Shown here piece by piece: positions 44,991-54,715 of a stretch of DNA of 64,000 bases; within the stretch, counting starts at the first letter, position 1; every line of letters begins with the position of its first letter. Made by a program: the position numbers and the translations under genes. The notes beneath the pieces were generated by a model. It worked only from the letters and a program-made list of their open reading frames with translations, was not told where the DNA came from and did no database searches. The DNA is from an uncultured bacterium. Its GTDB lineage: Bacteria; Patescibacteriota; Patescibacteriia; Patescibacteriales; UBA12465. The stretch lies in the NCBI GenBank assembly GCA_942492765.1, contig OW818634.1:409159-473158 (forward strand), written 5' to 3'.

Positions 44991-45396
44991 ATTTCGTTCC
45001 TCTGTCCATCGCCTCGTTAGCTAAGCGATCGGCTTCTTTATTCCTCTCGCGAGGAATATGGGTATAAGAAATCTTCTTAAAGCTTAAGGATAGGTTATGA
45101 ATATCAAGAAAGAGCTTCGCCAAATCCTTGTCCTTGACTCGATATTCTCCTTTCAATTGCTTGACCACTAATTCGCTGTCGAGATAACATTCTAATTCTT
45201 TCGCTCCCAGGTCGGCCGCTTTCCTAAAAGCGGCAACAAGCGCCTTATACTCAGCCTGATTATTGGTCGCTATTCCCAGATATTCGGAAACCTCGGTAAT
45301 CAGCTTCTTGTGTTCATCATAGAGCGCTGCGCCGATCCCGGCCGGGCCAGGGTTGCCGCGCGCGCCGCCGTCGGTATAGATGATTAATTTATCCAT
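44989..45396 (-). CDS. rnhA: Ribonuclease HI
   Basis: Contains TDGGARGNPGPAG, NNQAEYKAL and the C-terminal catalytic NKEADRLAN. Confidence 0.9.
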   Translation of the reverse strand: MDKLIIYTDGGARGNPGPAGIGAALYDEHKKLITEVSEYLGIATNNQAEYKALVAAFRKAADLGAKELECYLDSELVVKQLKGEYRVKDKDLAKLFLDIHNLSLSFKKISYTHIPRERNKEADRLANEAMDRGTK

Positions 45397-45397
45397 A

Positions 45398-47230
45398 TTA
45401 TTTATTTTCAGTTAATCTTATATCGACTATCTTCAGTTGCGCTTCTTTCCGTCCGTTGAAACCGTTGACTTCCAGATAATAGACTAGATCGACAGCGTCG
45501 CCGACTTTAAAATCCTTATACTCCTGAGCCGCGCCGAAAGCCAGAGCCCAGAAGGAATTAGCCCTGCCTGATTCTTGATTGACGGCGGAGAAACGAAACT
45601 TGATATGCTGGTTATCGAAACCCATGGTCGTAATATCGTCCAAGCGGAGGCCATAGGAAACGAAGCGCGGCTGCTGATTATTTTGGCCATAGGGAGCAAA
45701 AACTCCAACCTTCTCGGCCAAATCAAGGTTAATTTCGTTGAATTTCATTTCCGCTTCGATCTTAAGCTTAGGCGTCAGCATTTCCGCCGTTAACTTTTCC
45801 GCGGCGAGAGCCAGGATCTGTTTCTTAAATTCCGCCAGCTTCCCTTCCTCCTTAATCGAGAAACCGCAAGCCATCGGGTGGCCGCCATACTTATCTAAAT
45901 TTTCCGCGCAATCTTCGATCGCGGCGATAAGATTGAATTCTTCAACCGAACGCCCGGAGCCTTTGAAAGATATCTTCTTAGGAACGAGCTTCTTGGTCGC
46001 CGCATCAAATTCCGCTTCTTCGATCAAACGGGTGATTATCAGGGTCGGACGATAATATTTTTCCGCGATGCGCCCCGCAACTAAGCCGATGACGCCCTCA
46101 TTCCAAATCTGATCTTCCTGCGCGACTCCGATAATGACGAGGGGGATATTATCTTTATCTATCTGCGCTTCGACTTGAGCGGTAATCTCCTCAGTAATCT
46201 GCTGACGGCTGATATTGCGCTGATTCAGTTCCGAAGCTAGGCTAGCCGCTTCCTCTCCATCGGTCGTTGTCAAAAGAGCGAAAGCGCTGTTAGCGTGCGC
46301 CAGCCGGCTAGCCGCATTCAAACGCGGACCGATCTGCCAGCCGATATTCCAAGCCTCCAACTGCCGCCCCGCGTTGACTTTGGCGACTTTTACCAGTTCG
46401 TTCACGCCTAAGCGCTTATTCTCATTCAAAATTTTCAAACCCTCCTTGACTAACAGCCTATTCTCTCCCAAAAGACTGACCATATCCGCGACTGTCCCGA
46501 TAGCGACCAAATCCAAACATTTCTCACTGATCAGCCGCTTCTGCTTGTCAGGCAGAGACGCCTTGGTGAGCAGGGCGCTAACTAGCTTGAAGGCCACTCC
46601 GACGCCAGCCAGATAGGGCCAAGGATAGCCGGAATCTCGGTCAGAGGGATTTATCAATAAACAATCCGGCAAATCGCTCGGATCTTCAGGGAGGATATGG
46701 TGGTCGGTGATGATGATGTCCAGTCCCTTCTGTTTCGCATAGGCGACTTCGGCCTTATTCCTCGTACCGTTGTCGACCGTTATGACTAACTTAAATCCCT
46801 GTTCCGCAATAGAATTTATCGCCATCTTATTTAAACCGTATCCTTCAGTAACGCGATCGGGCAGATAAACCTCTACTTCCGCGTGAAGGATATGCAGGGT
46901 TTCTAAGAGTATGACGGAAGAGGTGACGCCGTCGGCATCATAATCGCCATAGACGACGATACGATTTCCGGCCTTAATATGAGAGATAATGAGATCAACG
47001 GCCGCATTCATGTTCTTGAACAGGAAGGGATCATAGAAGGCCGGAGATTCTTCGCCATATGAACGAGTCTTCTCCGGCTCTAATTCCCCCTTGAGGAACA
47101 TATTGATAGAGAAATCCTCCCTCAAGCCCCTATTATACAGCAATTGCAAAATGACCGGATCAATTTCCGGATGGACGGCCGTGAATTCGGCCGGCATTGT
47201 CTTAAGCAATTCCCATCTTTTAGTTTTCAT
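45398..47230 (-). CDS. recJ: Single-stranded-DNA-specific exonuclease RecJ
   Basis: DHH-family motifs: GDYDADGVTS, ITVDNG and ITDHH. A DHHA1-like GGHPMACG is also present. Confidence 0.9.
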   Translation of the reverse strand: MKTKRWELLKTMPAEFTAVHPEIDPVILQLLYNRGLREDFSINMFLKGELEPEKTRSYGEESPAFYDPFLFKNMNAAVDLIISHIKAGNRIVVYGDYDADGVTSSVILLETLHILHAEVEVYLPDRVTEGYGLNKMAINSIAEQGFKLVITVDNGTRNKAEVAYAKQKGLDIIITDHHILPEDPSDLPDCLLINPSDRDSGYPWPYLAGVGVAFKLVSALLTKASLPDKQKRLISEKCLDLVAIGTVADMVSLLGENRLLVKEGLKILNENKRLGVNELVKVAKVNAGRQLEAWNIGWQIGPRLNAASRLAHANSAFALLTTTDGEEAASLASELNQRNISRQQITEEITAQVEAQIDKDNIPLVIIGVAQEDQIWNEGVIGLVAGRIAEKYYRPTLIITRLIEEAEFDAATKKLVPKKISFKGSGRSVEEFNLIAAIEDCAENLDKYGGHPMACGFSIKEEGKLAEFKKQILALAAEKLTAEMLTPKLKIEAEMKFNEINLDLAEKVGVFAPYGQNNQQPRFVSYGLRLDDITTMGFDNQHIKFRFSAVNQESGRANSFWALAFGAAQEYKDFKVGDAVDLVYYLEVNGFNGRKEAQLKIVDIRLTENK

Positions 47231-47237
47231 CGGCGTT

Positions 47238-47342
47238 TTAGTAAAGGCCGGCCATGACTGTCCAGGAAACCATAGACAGAACGACGATGAAAGACAGGAT
47301 TATCCAGAGGACCTTGATGACTTTGCGACGTTTGAATTTCAT
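47238..47342 (-). CDS. Possible 34-aa single-pass membrane peptide, not in the ORF track
   Basis: By hand translation it reads MKFKRRKVIKVLWIILSFIVVLSMVSWTVMAGLY, a basic N-terminus followed by one TM helix. The stop lies 7 nt upstream of the recJ ATG. No SD. Confidence 0.35.
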   Translation of the reverse strand: MKFKRRKVIKVLWIILSFIVVLSMVSWTVMAGLY

Positions 47343-47383
47343 ATTTTATATTATAATGTTAAATCTGCCTTTTTTAAATCTCC

Positions 47384-49210
47384 CTATCTCTTAAGAATCT
47401 TAACAAAAGTATCCGGAGGGATTTCTACGCTGCCCTTACCCGCGGCCATCATCTTCTTCTTGCCTTTCTTCTGCTTCTCTAAGAGCTTGCGCTTGCGGGT
47501 CACATCCCCTCCATAAAGCTTAGCCGTAACATCCTTGCGCATCGCTGATAATTTTTCAGCGGCGATGACCTTGCCGTGGATCGCAGCCTGGATCTTGATA
47601 GCAAACATCTGCTTAGACAGGTTGTCTTTCAAGATATCTACTATCTCCCGGCCTTGGCGATTAGCGTCTTCGCGATAGACGATGGTTGAGAGCGCCTCGA
47701 TCGGCTCTTCGGCGACTAAAATATCCATCTTAACGACATCGGCGGGGCGATAATCTAAATATTCATAATTAATAGAAGCGTAGCCGGCCGAAACGCTTTT
47801 TATCTTATCATAAAAATCAGTCAGGATCGCCGCCAAAGGAATCTCATAGTGAAGCAGGACGCGGCTATCGTCGCCTTCGGAAGAGATATATTCGGTGTTC
47901 TTATAGATTCCCTTCTTGTCTTGAGCTAATTTTATGACATTGCCAAGATATGTCTTCGGAGTGATGATATCCAGCTTGACCCAAGGCTCTTCGATATGCT
48001 CGATCTGGGTCGGATCAGGCAGGCGTTGCGGCGAGCGGATGATTATCTCTTCCCCGCTAGACCTGAAGACTTTATAGGCGACACTCGGCATAGTGACGAT
48101 AAGATCCAGATCATATTCGCGCCGTAATCTTTCCTGGAAGACTTCTAAGTGCAATAGCCCCAAGAAGCCGCAACGGAACCCGAAGCCTAGAGCGTCGGAG
48201 CGCTCCGGTTCATATGATAAAGCGGCATCATTCAATTTCAGCTTATCCATAGCTTCGCGCAATTCCTTAAAATCGTTGCCCTCGCGCGGGAAAATACTGG
48301 CAAAAACCATCGGTCTGACTTCCTTATAACCGGCTAGAGGTTCTATGGCCGCGCCCATTTCCATGTTCTTGACGAAAGTGACCGTGTCGCCGACGCGACA
48401 ATCCGCCACTTGCTTGAAACCAGTAACGACATAGCCGATCTCTCCGGCTTGAAGATGCCCGGTCGAGACATAATCCGGCTTGAAGATGCCGCAATCGAGA
48501 ACTTCACTCTCGGCCTTAGTAGCTATCAATCTGATCTTATCGCCTTTTTTCAGAGCGCCGTTAAAAACGCGGATATAAGCGACGACGCCGCGATAAATAT
48601 CATATTTAGAATCGAAAATCAGGGCGCGCAGAACATCAGACCCCTGATCCGCTAGCTGCGGCTCGCTCGGCGCCGGACCGAGATTGATGACGGCGTCGAG
48701 AACTTCAATCACGCCCGCACCGGTCTTGCCGGAGGCGCAGATAATCTCTTCTTCGCGGCAGCCGAGCAAATCAATAATTTCTCTCTTGGTCTTATCAATA
48801 TCCGCGGCCGGGAGATCGATCTTATTAACTACCGGAATAATCGTTAAATTCTGATCAAGCGCTAAATATAAATTAGCCAGAGTCTGCGCCTGGATGCCCT
48901 GAGTGCAGTCGACAAGAAGAACGGCGGTTTCGACGGCCGCCAGAGAACGCGAGACTTCATAGGAAAAATCAACGTGCCCTGGGGTATCGATGAGATTGAG
49001 GAGATGGCCGCGATAATTCATAGTTACCGGCTGCAGCTTGATGGTTATTCCTCTCTCGCGCTCAATGTCCATGCCGTCTAAAATCTGGTCCTTCATCTTG
49101 CGCTTTTCGACCGTGCCGGTCAGCTCTAACATGCGGTCAGCCAAAGTCGACTTGCCGTGATCGATATGCGCGATTATACAAAAATTTCTGATTTTACTGA
49201 TTTCTGACAT
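47384..49210 (-). CDS. lepA: Elongation factor 4 (LepA)
   Basis: Start taken at MSEISKIRNFCIIAHIDHGKST (ATG 49210), which avoids overlap with murJ. DTPGH and NKID G-motifs are present, plus the LepA C-terminal region. Confidence 0.95.
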   Translation of the reverse strand: MSEISKIRNFCIIAHIDHGKSTLADRMLELTGTVEKRKMKDQILDGMDIERERGITIKLQPVTMNYRGHLLNLIDTPGHVDFSYEVSRSLAAVETAVLLVDCTQGIQAQTLANLYLALDQNLTIIPVVNKIDLPAADIDKTKREIIDLLGCREEEIICASGKTGAGVIEVLDAVINLGPAPSEPQLADQGSDVLRALIFDSKYDIYRGVVAYIRVFNGALKKGDKIRLIATKAESEVLDCGIFKPDYVSTGHLQAGEIGYVVTGFKQVADCRVGDTVTFVKNMEMGAAIEPLAGYKEVRPMVFASIFPREGNDFKELREAMDKLKLNDAALSYEPERSDALGFGFRCGFLGLLHLEVFQERLRREYDLDLIVTMPSVAYKVFRSSGEEIIIRSPQRLPDPTQIEHIEEPWVKLDIITPKTYLGNVIKLAQDKKGIYKNTEYISSEGDDSRVLLHYEIPLAAILTDFYDKIKSVSAGYASINYEYLDYRPADVVKMDILVAEEPIEALSTIVYREDANRQGREIVDILKDNLSKQMFAIKIQAAIHGKVIAAEKLSAMRKDVTAKLYGGDVTRKRKLLEKQKKGKKKMMAAGKGSVEIPPDTFVKILKR

Positions 49211-49223
49211 ATACAAAATTCTC

Positions 49224-50867
49224 TTAATTATTACTCGACAACTGGTCATCTATCTTAACCTTATTGAAAGGCAGGCGATGCTTCAAAGAGGCGATGAATC
49301 CGAAGAGCTCTTCGCTCTTGAATAAATAGCAGAACAGCAGATAGATCAAGAGCCCGAAGCCTCCGGCAGCGACTAATTGTATAAATACTCCGCTGAACTT
49401 AGTCATATCTATGAAGGGCCAGACCAAGACTTTCATGACCTGAGCCGCCCCTCCGGCGGCGATCGCGCTAGTCGTAAACTTTAACACAGCTATAAGAATA
49501 TTGCCAATATCCAGAACTCCGACCTTCAAATACAGCCATATCCATAATAATAAGAAATTCAGGATATTGGCGGCGGAAAAAGCTAGCGCCAGCCCGGCTA
49601 CTCCCATTCTTGGAGCTAATATTAAAGATAAAATAACATTAACGGCTGCGGAAACCAAGCTTAAATAAAAAGGAGTGGCGGAATTATGGCGCGCGTAAAA
49701 CACTCTGATTAATAAAGGGATAGTAGCTTGAGCAAATAAGCTGACTGCGAACAATCCTAGAGTATTCATGGTCAGGATAGTATCCTGCCAGTCAAAATTT
49801 CCAGTACCGAGCACGACGCGGATTATCTGCGCTCTCAAGGCGATGATCAGGAAGGTCGCCGGGATGACGAAGAAAAGAATCTGCCGCATGGTCGAAGAGA
49901 AGCTGATGGCCAGCTTATCCTTATCAAAGGCCGCTTCAGCCAGACTAGGAAAAGCGGCGATAGCGAAAGAGACGCCAAAGATGCCGATCGGGAAAGATTG
50001 AAGATTATTAGCCAAATTGAAAATAGATAAAGAGCCGGATGATAGATTAGAAGCAAGCACGGTAATCACAACCAAATTGATTTGTGAAATCGCTAGACTC
50101 AAAGTCCGCGGCACCATCATCTTCCCCATTTTCCAGGTATTAGCATCGCGCCAATCTATCTTCAGTCTGAAACGGAAGCCAAGATGGTAGGCTGTCGGAA
50201 TCTGGATGGCCATATGCAAGAAAGCGCCGATGATGACACCCCAGGCTAATCCATATACGCCCCAGAGCGGCACGAGGTAGACAGCGCCGATGATAATGCC
50301 GACATTATAGAAGACCGGCGCTAATGAATAAACTAAAAATCTCTTGAACGACTGCAAGATGCTACCGATAATGCCGGACACTCCGAGGAACAACGGCGAC
50401 AGGAACATAACGCGCGTCAGGGCGGCCGTCAGAGCCTGCTCTTCCCGACCGAAACCAGGCGCGATCAAGCGGGTCAGGGCCGGCGCGAAGATTATGCCGA
50501 TAACAGATAGGGCGATCAGGCCGAGCAACAGAATATTTAGGATATTGTTAGCCAGACCCCAAGCATCCTTATTATGCTGGCGCGGATCGCACTCTGGGGT
50601 CTTCGTGCACTTGAAGTCTTTGATAAGAGACGTGAATATTGGGATGAATCCGGCTGATAGCGCGCCCAAGACGATCAGATTATAAATCAGGTCGGGAATG
50701 CGAAAAGCAGCATAATATATATCCAAGGTAGTGCCTGCGCCGAAATGACCGGCGAGAATGCGATCACGAAAGATTCCTAAGATTCGCGACGCCAAGCTCG
50801 ACAAGGCGACGAGGGCGGCGGCCACGGTGATGCTATTGATCTGTCTCTTAAAAATATCCTTGAACAT
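49224..50867 (-). CDS. murJ: Lipid II flippase MurJ (MviN family)
   Basis: 547 aa, about 14 TM segments, N-terminus SRILGIFRDRILAGHFGAG. Confidence 0.85.
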   Translation of the reverse strand: MFKDIFKRQINSITVAAALVALSSLASRILGIFRDRILAGHFGAGTTLDIYYAAFRIPDLIYNLIVLGALSAGFIPIFTSLIKDFKCTKTPECDPRQHNKDAWGLANNILNILLLGLIALSVIGIIFAPALTRLIAPGFGREEQALTAALTRVMFLSPLFLGVSGIIGSILQSFKRFLVYSLAPVFYNVGIIIGAVYLVPLWGVYGLAWGVIIGAFLHMAIQIPTAYHLGFRFRLKIDWRDANTWKMGKMMVPRTLSLAISQINLVVITVLASNLSSGSLSIFNLANNLQSFPIGIFGVSFAIAAFPSLAEAAFDKDKLAISFSSTMRQILFFVIPATFLIIALRAQIIRVVLGTGNFDWQDTILTMNTLGLFAVSLFAQATIPLLIRVFYARHNSATPFYLSLVSAAVNVILSLILAPRMGVAGLALAFSAANILNFLLLWIWLYLKVGVLDIGNILIAVLKFTTSAIAAGGAAQVMKVLVWPFIDMTKFSGVFIQLVAAGGFGLLIYLLFCYLFKSEELFGFIASLKHRLPFNKVKIDDQLSSNN

Positions 50868-50884
50868 ATAGAGCTGTCTTTAAA

Positions 50885-52876
50885 TTAAGCGCCTAAAATT
50901 ATACGGACGTCTCCGGCAGATACGCCCTTCTCGAAGACGAAGAGCGGGTTAATATCAAATTCGGAAATCTCCGGATGCTCGTTAGCGAGCTTGGCCAATT
51001 TGACGATGACCTGAGCTAAAGCATTGATATCATATTTCTTCTGACCGCGCGCTCCGTTCAAAATCGGATATAGTTTCAGACTCGATACGAGCTTGAGCGC
51101 TCCGGCCATATCGATATCGCTGATAGCCAATTTAAAATCCTTCATCACTTCCGTGTAGATTCCGCCCCAGCCGACCATAAGCAGCGGCCCGAAGACCGCA
51201 TCACGCTTAAAGCCTAAGATTATCTCCTGAAATCTGTTCGCTTGTTCCTGGACAACTAGATAATTCGCCGGGTTCTTGAACGACCAGGCGTTTTTCTTAG
51301 CTAAAGAGTCGGCCGTCGCTTTCAATTGCGTCTCATCTTTCAGATTGACGACGACGCCGCCGGAGTCGGTCTTATGTAAAAAATCGGGACCAACTGTCTT
51401 CAAGACTGCCGGGTATCTATAATTTTTCAATTCTGCTTCAGTATAACGCAAACTCTTCACGGTCGGAATGCCATAGCCCTTCAACAGAGAGAAAGCCTGG
51501 AGATAATCGCCGCTCTTAACCGGCTTCTTAGCGCTCGTGCTGGCAGATTTAAAAGGCTTGAGGTCTTTAGCTAAAGAGCGATAGGCGATAAGATGCCTGA
51601 AGCTGCGCACCGCCTCCTCTGGATAATCAAAAGATGGGATCTGATTCTCCGATAATAATTTACGAGGAGCGGCGACGGCTTCTCCGCCGACAAAGCTCGC
51701 CATGATCAATTTATTGGGATATTTCTTCTTGACCGCGATAATGGCCTGAGCGGTTTTCATCGGCTCAGTCGAGGTCTGCGGGGTCAGAAGAACCAAAAGA
51801 TTATTTATTTTCTTATCCGCCAGCGTCTTATTCAGGGCAGCTTCATAACGGGCAGCATCAGCGTCGCCCAACAGATCCTGGCTAGTGCCGACCGGTATGC
51901 CTTGGCGGCTGATCTCATCAGCGGTTAAGACAGCTACGCCGCCGGCGTTAGTGATAACATGAAGCTCGGGTGAGCCGGCATTGAACCAAGACTTCTTATC
52001 AAAGATCATCAATAGGTTGAACATATCCTCGAGATTATCCAGCCAGATAGCGCCCGCTCTTTCTACGCCCGCCCTGACAGCGGCGGCTGAACCGGCTAAT
52101 GACCCAGTATGCGACATGGCTAATTTTCCTCCAGCCGCGCTCGTCCCCGCTTTCAGGATCGCTACCGGCTTGCGCTTGGCTAAACGCGAGACTATCTCCA
52201 TAAAATGACCGCCATCCTTCATCTCTTCCAAATAGGCGATGATGAGATCGATTTTCTTATCGGCCGCCAGATATTCAATAATCTCATTCTCGTCCAAGAC
52301 AGCCTTATTGCCAAGGCTAATAAAATATCCGAAATTGAAATCCTTAACTTTGAGCCAATCAAGAGCGCCCGCGCCGATGGCGCCGGACTGCGATAATAAG
52401 GCGCAATTGCCAGACTCGGTATCGGCAGCCGCGAAAGTCGCATTCAATTTATGCCAAGTATTGATAAGTCCCAAGCAATTGGGACCGAGGATATTCAAAC
52501 GATGGCGAGAAGCGATCTCTTTTATCTCCGCCTCCAGCTTCTTTCCTTCTTCCCCGGCTTCCTTGAAGCCAGCAGTAATGATGACGATATTCTTGATGCC
52601 CAAAGTCGCGCATTTCTGCACTTCTGCCACCACATAAGGCGCCGGAATCGAGATGACGACGAGCAAGCCCGCCATTTCCGCGCGCGGCAAAGCCTCTAAA
52701 TTCGGGTAAGCTTTAAGCTTAGCGATCTTTTTCTCTTTCAGATTGATCGGATAGACGTGGCCCTTGAATCCGCCCTTGATGATATTATCGAGAATCTGAC
52801 GGCCCAGCTTCTCCGGACTATTGGAGGCGCCGACGACCGCGACCGAACGCGGATTGAAAAAATTATTTAGAGACAT
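50885..52876 (-). CDS. Acetate--CoA ligase (ADP-forming), fused alpha/beta domains
   Basis: CoA-binding N-terminus (PRSVAVVGASNSPEKLG), a succinyl-CoA-synthetase-like middle with a phospho-His region (MSHTGSLAG) and a C-terminal ATP-grasp domain. Confidence 0.85.
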   Translation of the reverse strand: MSLNNFFNPRSVAVVGASNSPEKLGRQILDNIIKGGFKGHVYPINLKEKKIAKLKAYPNLEALPRAEMAGLLVVISIPAPYVVAEVQKCATLGIKNIVIITAGFKEAGEEGKKLEAEIKEIASRHRLNILGPNCLGLINTWHKLNATFAAADTESGNCALLSQSGAIGAGALDWLKVKDFNFGYFISLGNKAVLDENEIIEYLAADKKIDLIIAYLEEMKDGGHFMEIVSRLAKRKPVAILKAGTSAAGGKLAMSHTGSLAGSAAAVRAGVERAGAIWLDNLEDMFNLLMIFDKKSWFNAGSPELHVITNAGGVAVLTADEISRQGIPVGTSQDLLGDADAARYEAALNKTLADKKINNLLVLLTPQTSTEPMKTAQAIIAVKKKYPNKLIMASFVGGEAVAAPRKLLSENQIPSFDYPEEAVRSFRHLIAYRSLAKDLKPFKSASTSAKKPVKSGDYLQAFSLLKGYGIPTVKSLRYTEAELKNYRYPAVLKTVGPDFLHKTDSGGVVVNLKDETQLKATADSLAKKNAWSFKNPANYLVVQEQANRFQEIILGFKRDAVFGPLLMVGWGGIYTEVMKDFKLAISDIDMAGALKLVSSLKLYPILNGARGQKKYDINALAQVIVKLAKLANEHPEISEFDINPLFVFEKGVSAGDVRIILGA

Positions 52877-52913
52877 AGGATACGATTGATATATATATTA
52901 TTTATTAACCAGG

Positions 52914-53108
52914 TTATTTCTTCCTGAACAACATGACTAAGCCAAAAATGAGCCAAAGAAGCAAAAGATAATTCAAGTTAAAGTAGGCCAAGACAATATT
53001 CGGCCAGATGATTTCCAGGGCGATGAAGACAAGCCCCAAAGCGGTCAGAAAATAAAAGATTTCTCTGACCAGCAAGCTTCTATTGGTTATAATTTCTAGC
53101 TTACTCAT
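52914..53108 (-). CDS. Small two-TM membrane protein
   Basis: ATG at 53108 lies 1 nt after the upstream stop, and hydrophobic segments are present. The track start at 53141 overlaps the upstream gene. Confidence 0.45.
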   Translation of the reverse strand: MSKLEIITNRSLLVREIFYFLTALGLVFIALEIIWPNIVLAYFNLNYLLLLWLIFGLVMLFRKK

Positions 53109-53109
53109 A

Positions 53110-54600
53110 TTATTTTCTGAGGATTTCCTTAATCTTTTCAAAAACAGTCTTCCCCGTCAGTCTTATCTTGATCTCCTGGATATCCAAATAATTGGCTGCC
53201 CCAGCCGCGCCGTCCAAACCGGGGATGGAGATTAAAAAAACATACTTATTCTTCTCATTAACAGATTCCTTCAGATTCAGAGTCGCGCGCGCCGTCTTAA
53301 TTCTATCTTCCTCTAAGGGACGCTCGTAATCAGCGATGATATATTTGATATTGTCCGCTGGAAAAAAATAGCGATCAACCTTCTGTGCTCCGGGATTGAC
53401 TAGGCTAGTGGAAGAAAAAGCGAAGACGCCGTTATTTTCCAAGACTAGATCATCCTTGTCAAGAATAATCTTATTAATTCCGCTTCCGGCCTGAAAAGAA
53501 AATTGTTTATAGGTCTTATCGAGAGCAAATCTATCGCCGCCGAAACTGACTTTACCGAGAGAAGCCGGATTTACAGTTGAAATGCCGAGATAAGAAGCAT
53601 CGGTAAATAAAATTAGACTACCCTTCCCCGATACCGGCCAAATCTTATTAATGAAAGAGATCTTATCAGATGAACTATTAAGCTTTGACATCACGATATC
53701 ATCGCTGACTTTGATTTCGACGCGATATAGCCCCGCAGCTTTCTGCCCGCTTAAAGTCAGGCTCTTATTTTCACTCTGGCCATTATCAGGCGTCGGGTTA
53801 TTATCAATTAGGGTCTTAGTGGCGATGACATTATCCCCCGCATAAACATTGACTGTAATTGGATCCTGTTCTTTGTCCAAATTCAAATCGACGAAATCAA
53901 AAGCCAGGCGCCAAGAAGAGGCTTGAAAGTAGACATAAAATTGGTGCGCACCCCTCAAGGGCTGACTGATGACTGTTGGATCAGGCGAAACATAGCCGGG
54001 CAAACGGAACTCAGAATTAAACTGATAATTATAAGTCGCGACGCAAGCCGTCGGACCGTTCGGGCATGCCTGCAAATTTCCGTCTTCCAAATCTTTTTCA
54101 AATTCGGCCGGATTATCATAGTATTTTTCTGTCTGCAAAACTAGGTGGCCGTCCTCATCTGCTAAGCGCGGCCATGAGAAACGATAGCGATCGATGATAT
54201 TATTCTGAAGAGGCTGAAGCTCATATTGCCCAGTCAGCTTATCCCTTAAGACACCAATCTCGATTATTGGCGTCGCTGTCGCCAGCTGATCACGATACCT
54301 GACAGTTATTTCCGCCTGATCAAATAGGCGCGGCGCATACAGGCTAAAATATAACGGCTCGGCCACCAGCCTTAATGACGAAGAACTGGCGTCTAGCCGT
54401 TCAGCTGGCTTAAAATCATAAATGAATCCTTTACCAGAAGCTAATCCCCGCGGCCAAGTCCGGCTATAGGTAATATGGCCGAAAGGGACAATTTTCAGGC
54501 ACACAAAAAGAAGCACTAAAATCAGGGTAATTAACCCTAAAATAAGGCGTATTTTAAACAAAAATGACCTTTTTTCCCAAAAGGATCTTAATTTCTTCAT
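53110..54600 (-). CDS. Membrane-anchored hypothetical protein (beta-rich extracytoplasmic domain)
   Basis: 496-aa ORF with an N-terminal TM helix and no motif I can name. Confidence 0.6.
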   Translation of the reverse strand: MKKLRSFWEKRSFLFKIRLILGLITLILVLLFVCLKIVPFGHITYSRTWPRGLASGKGFIYDFKPAERLDASSSSLRLVAEPLYFSLYAPRLFDQAEITVRYRDQLATATPIIEIGVLRDKLTGQYELQPLQNNIIDRYRFSWPRLADEDGHLVLQTEKYYDNPAEFEKDLEDGNLQACPNGPTACVATYNYQFNSEFRLPGYVSPDPTVISQPLRGAHQFYVYFQASSWRLAFDFVDLNLDKEQDPITVNVYAGDNVIATKTLIDNNPTPDNGQSENKSLTLSGQKAAGLYRVEIKVSDDIVMSKLNSSSDKISFINKIWPVSGKGSLILFTDASYLGISTVNPASLGKVSFGGDRFALDKTYKQFSFQAGSGINKIILDKDDLVLENNGVFAFSSTSLVNPGAQKVDRYFFPADNIKYIIADYERPLEEDRIKTARATLNLKESVNEKNKYVFLISIPGLDGAAGAANYLDIQEIKIRLTGKTVFEKIKEILRK

Positions 54601-54628
54601 ATCTCTATTTTACTTTATTTTTAGTAAT

Positions 54629-54651
54629 AAAAAAAGGGCGAATAAAGCCCC
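54629..54651 (-). terminator. Second (tandem) terminator downstream of the rSAM gene
   Basis: Minus-strand GGGC...GCCC stem (54047-type numbering not used; plus-strand 54036-style positions are 54636-54639 and 54647-54650), followed by a run of 7 U. Confidence 0.4.
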
Positions 54652-54664
54652 AGATATTCAACTT

Positions 54665-54704
54665 ATAAAAAGAGCCATTAGGGGATAAAATCCGATAATG
54701 GCTC
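54665..54704 (-). terminator. Rho-independent terminator closing the RiPP-like cassette
   Basis: 9-bp stem, GAGCCATTA (54672-54680) paired with TAATGGCTC (54696-54704). The loop is 15 nt and a U-run follows on the minus strand. Confidence 0.6.
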
Positions 54705-54715
54705 GCAAATACTTA

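Noticed and set aside
39685-52876. PFOR plus ADP-forming acetyl-CoA synthetase as a novel pathway
   Set aside because: Pyruvate to acetyl-CoA to acetate plus ATP is the standard fermentative route reported for small-genome anaerobes. Only the pilin-gene insertions in the por operon are unusual, and they are reported separately.
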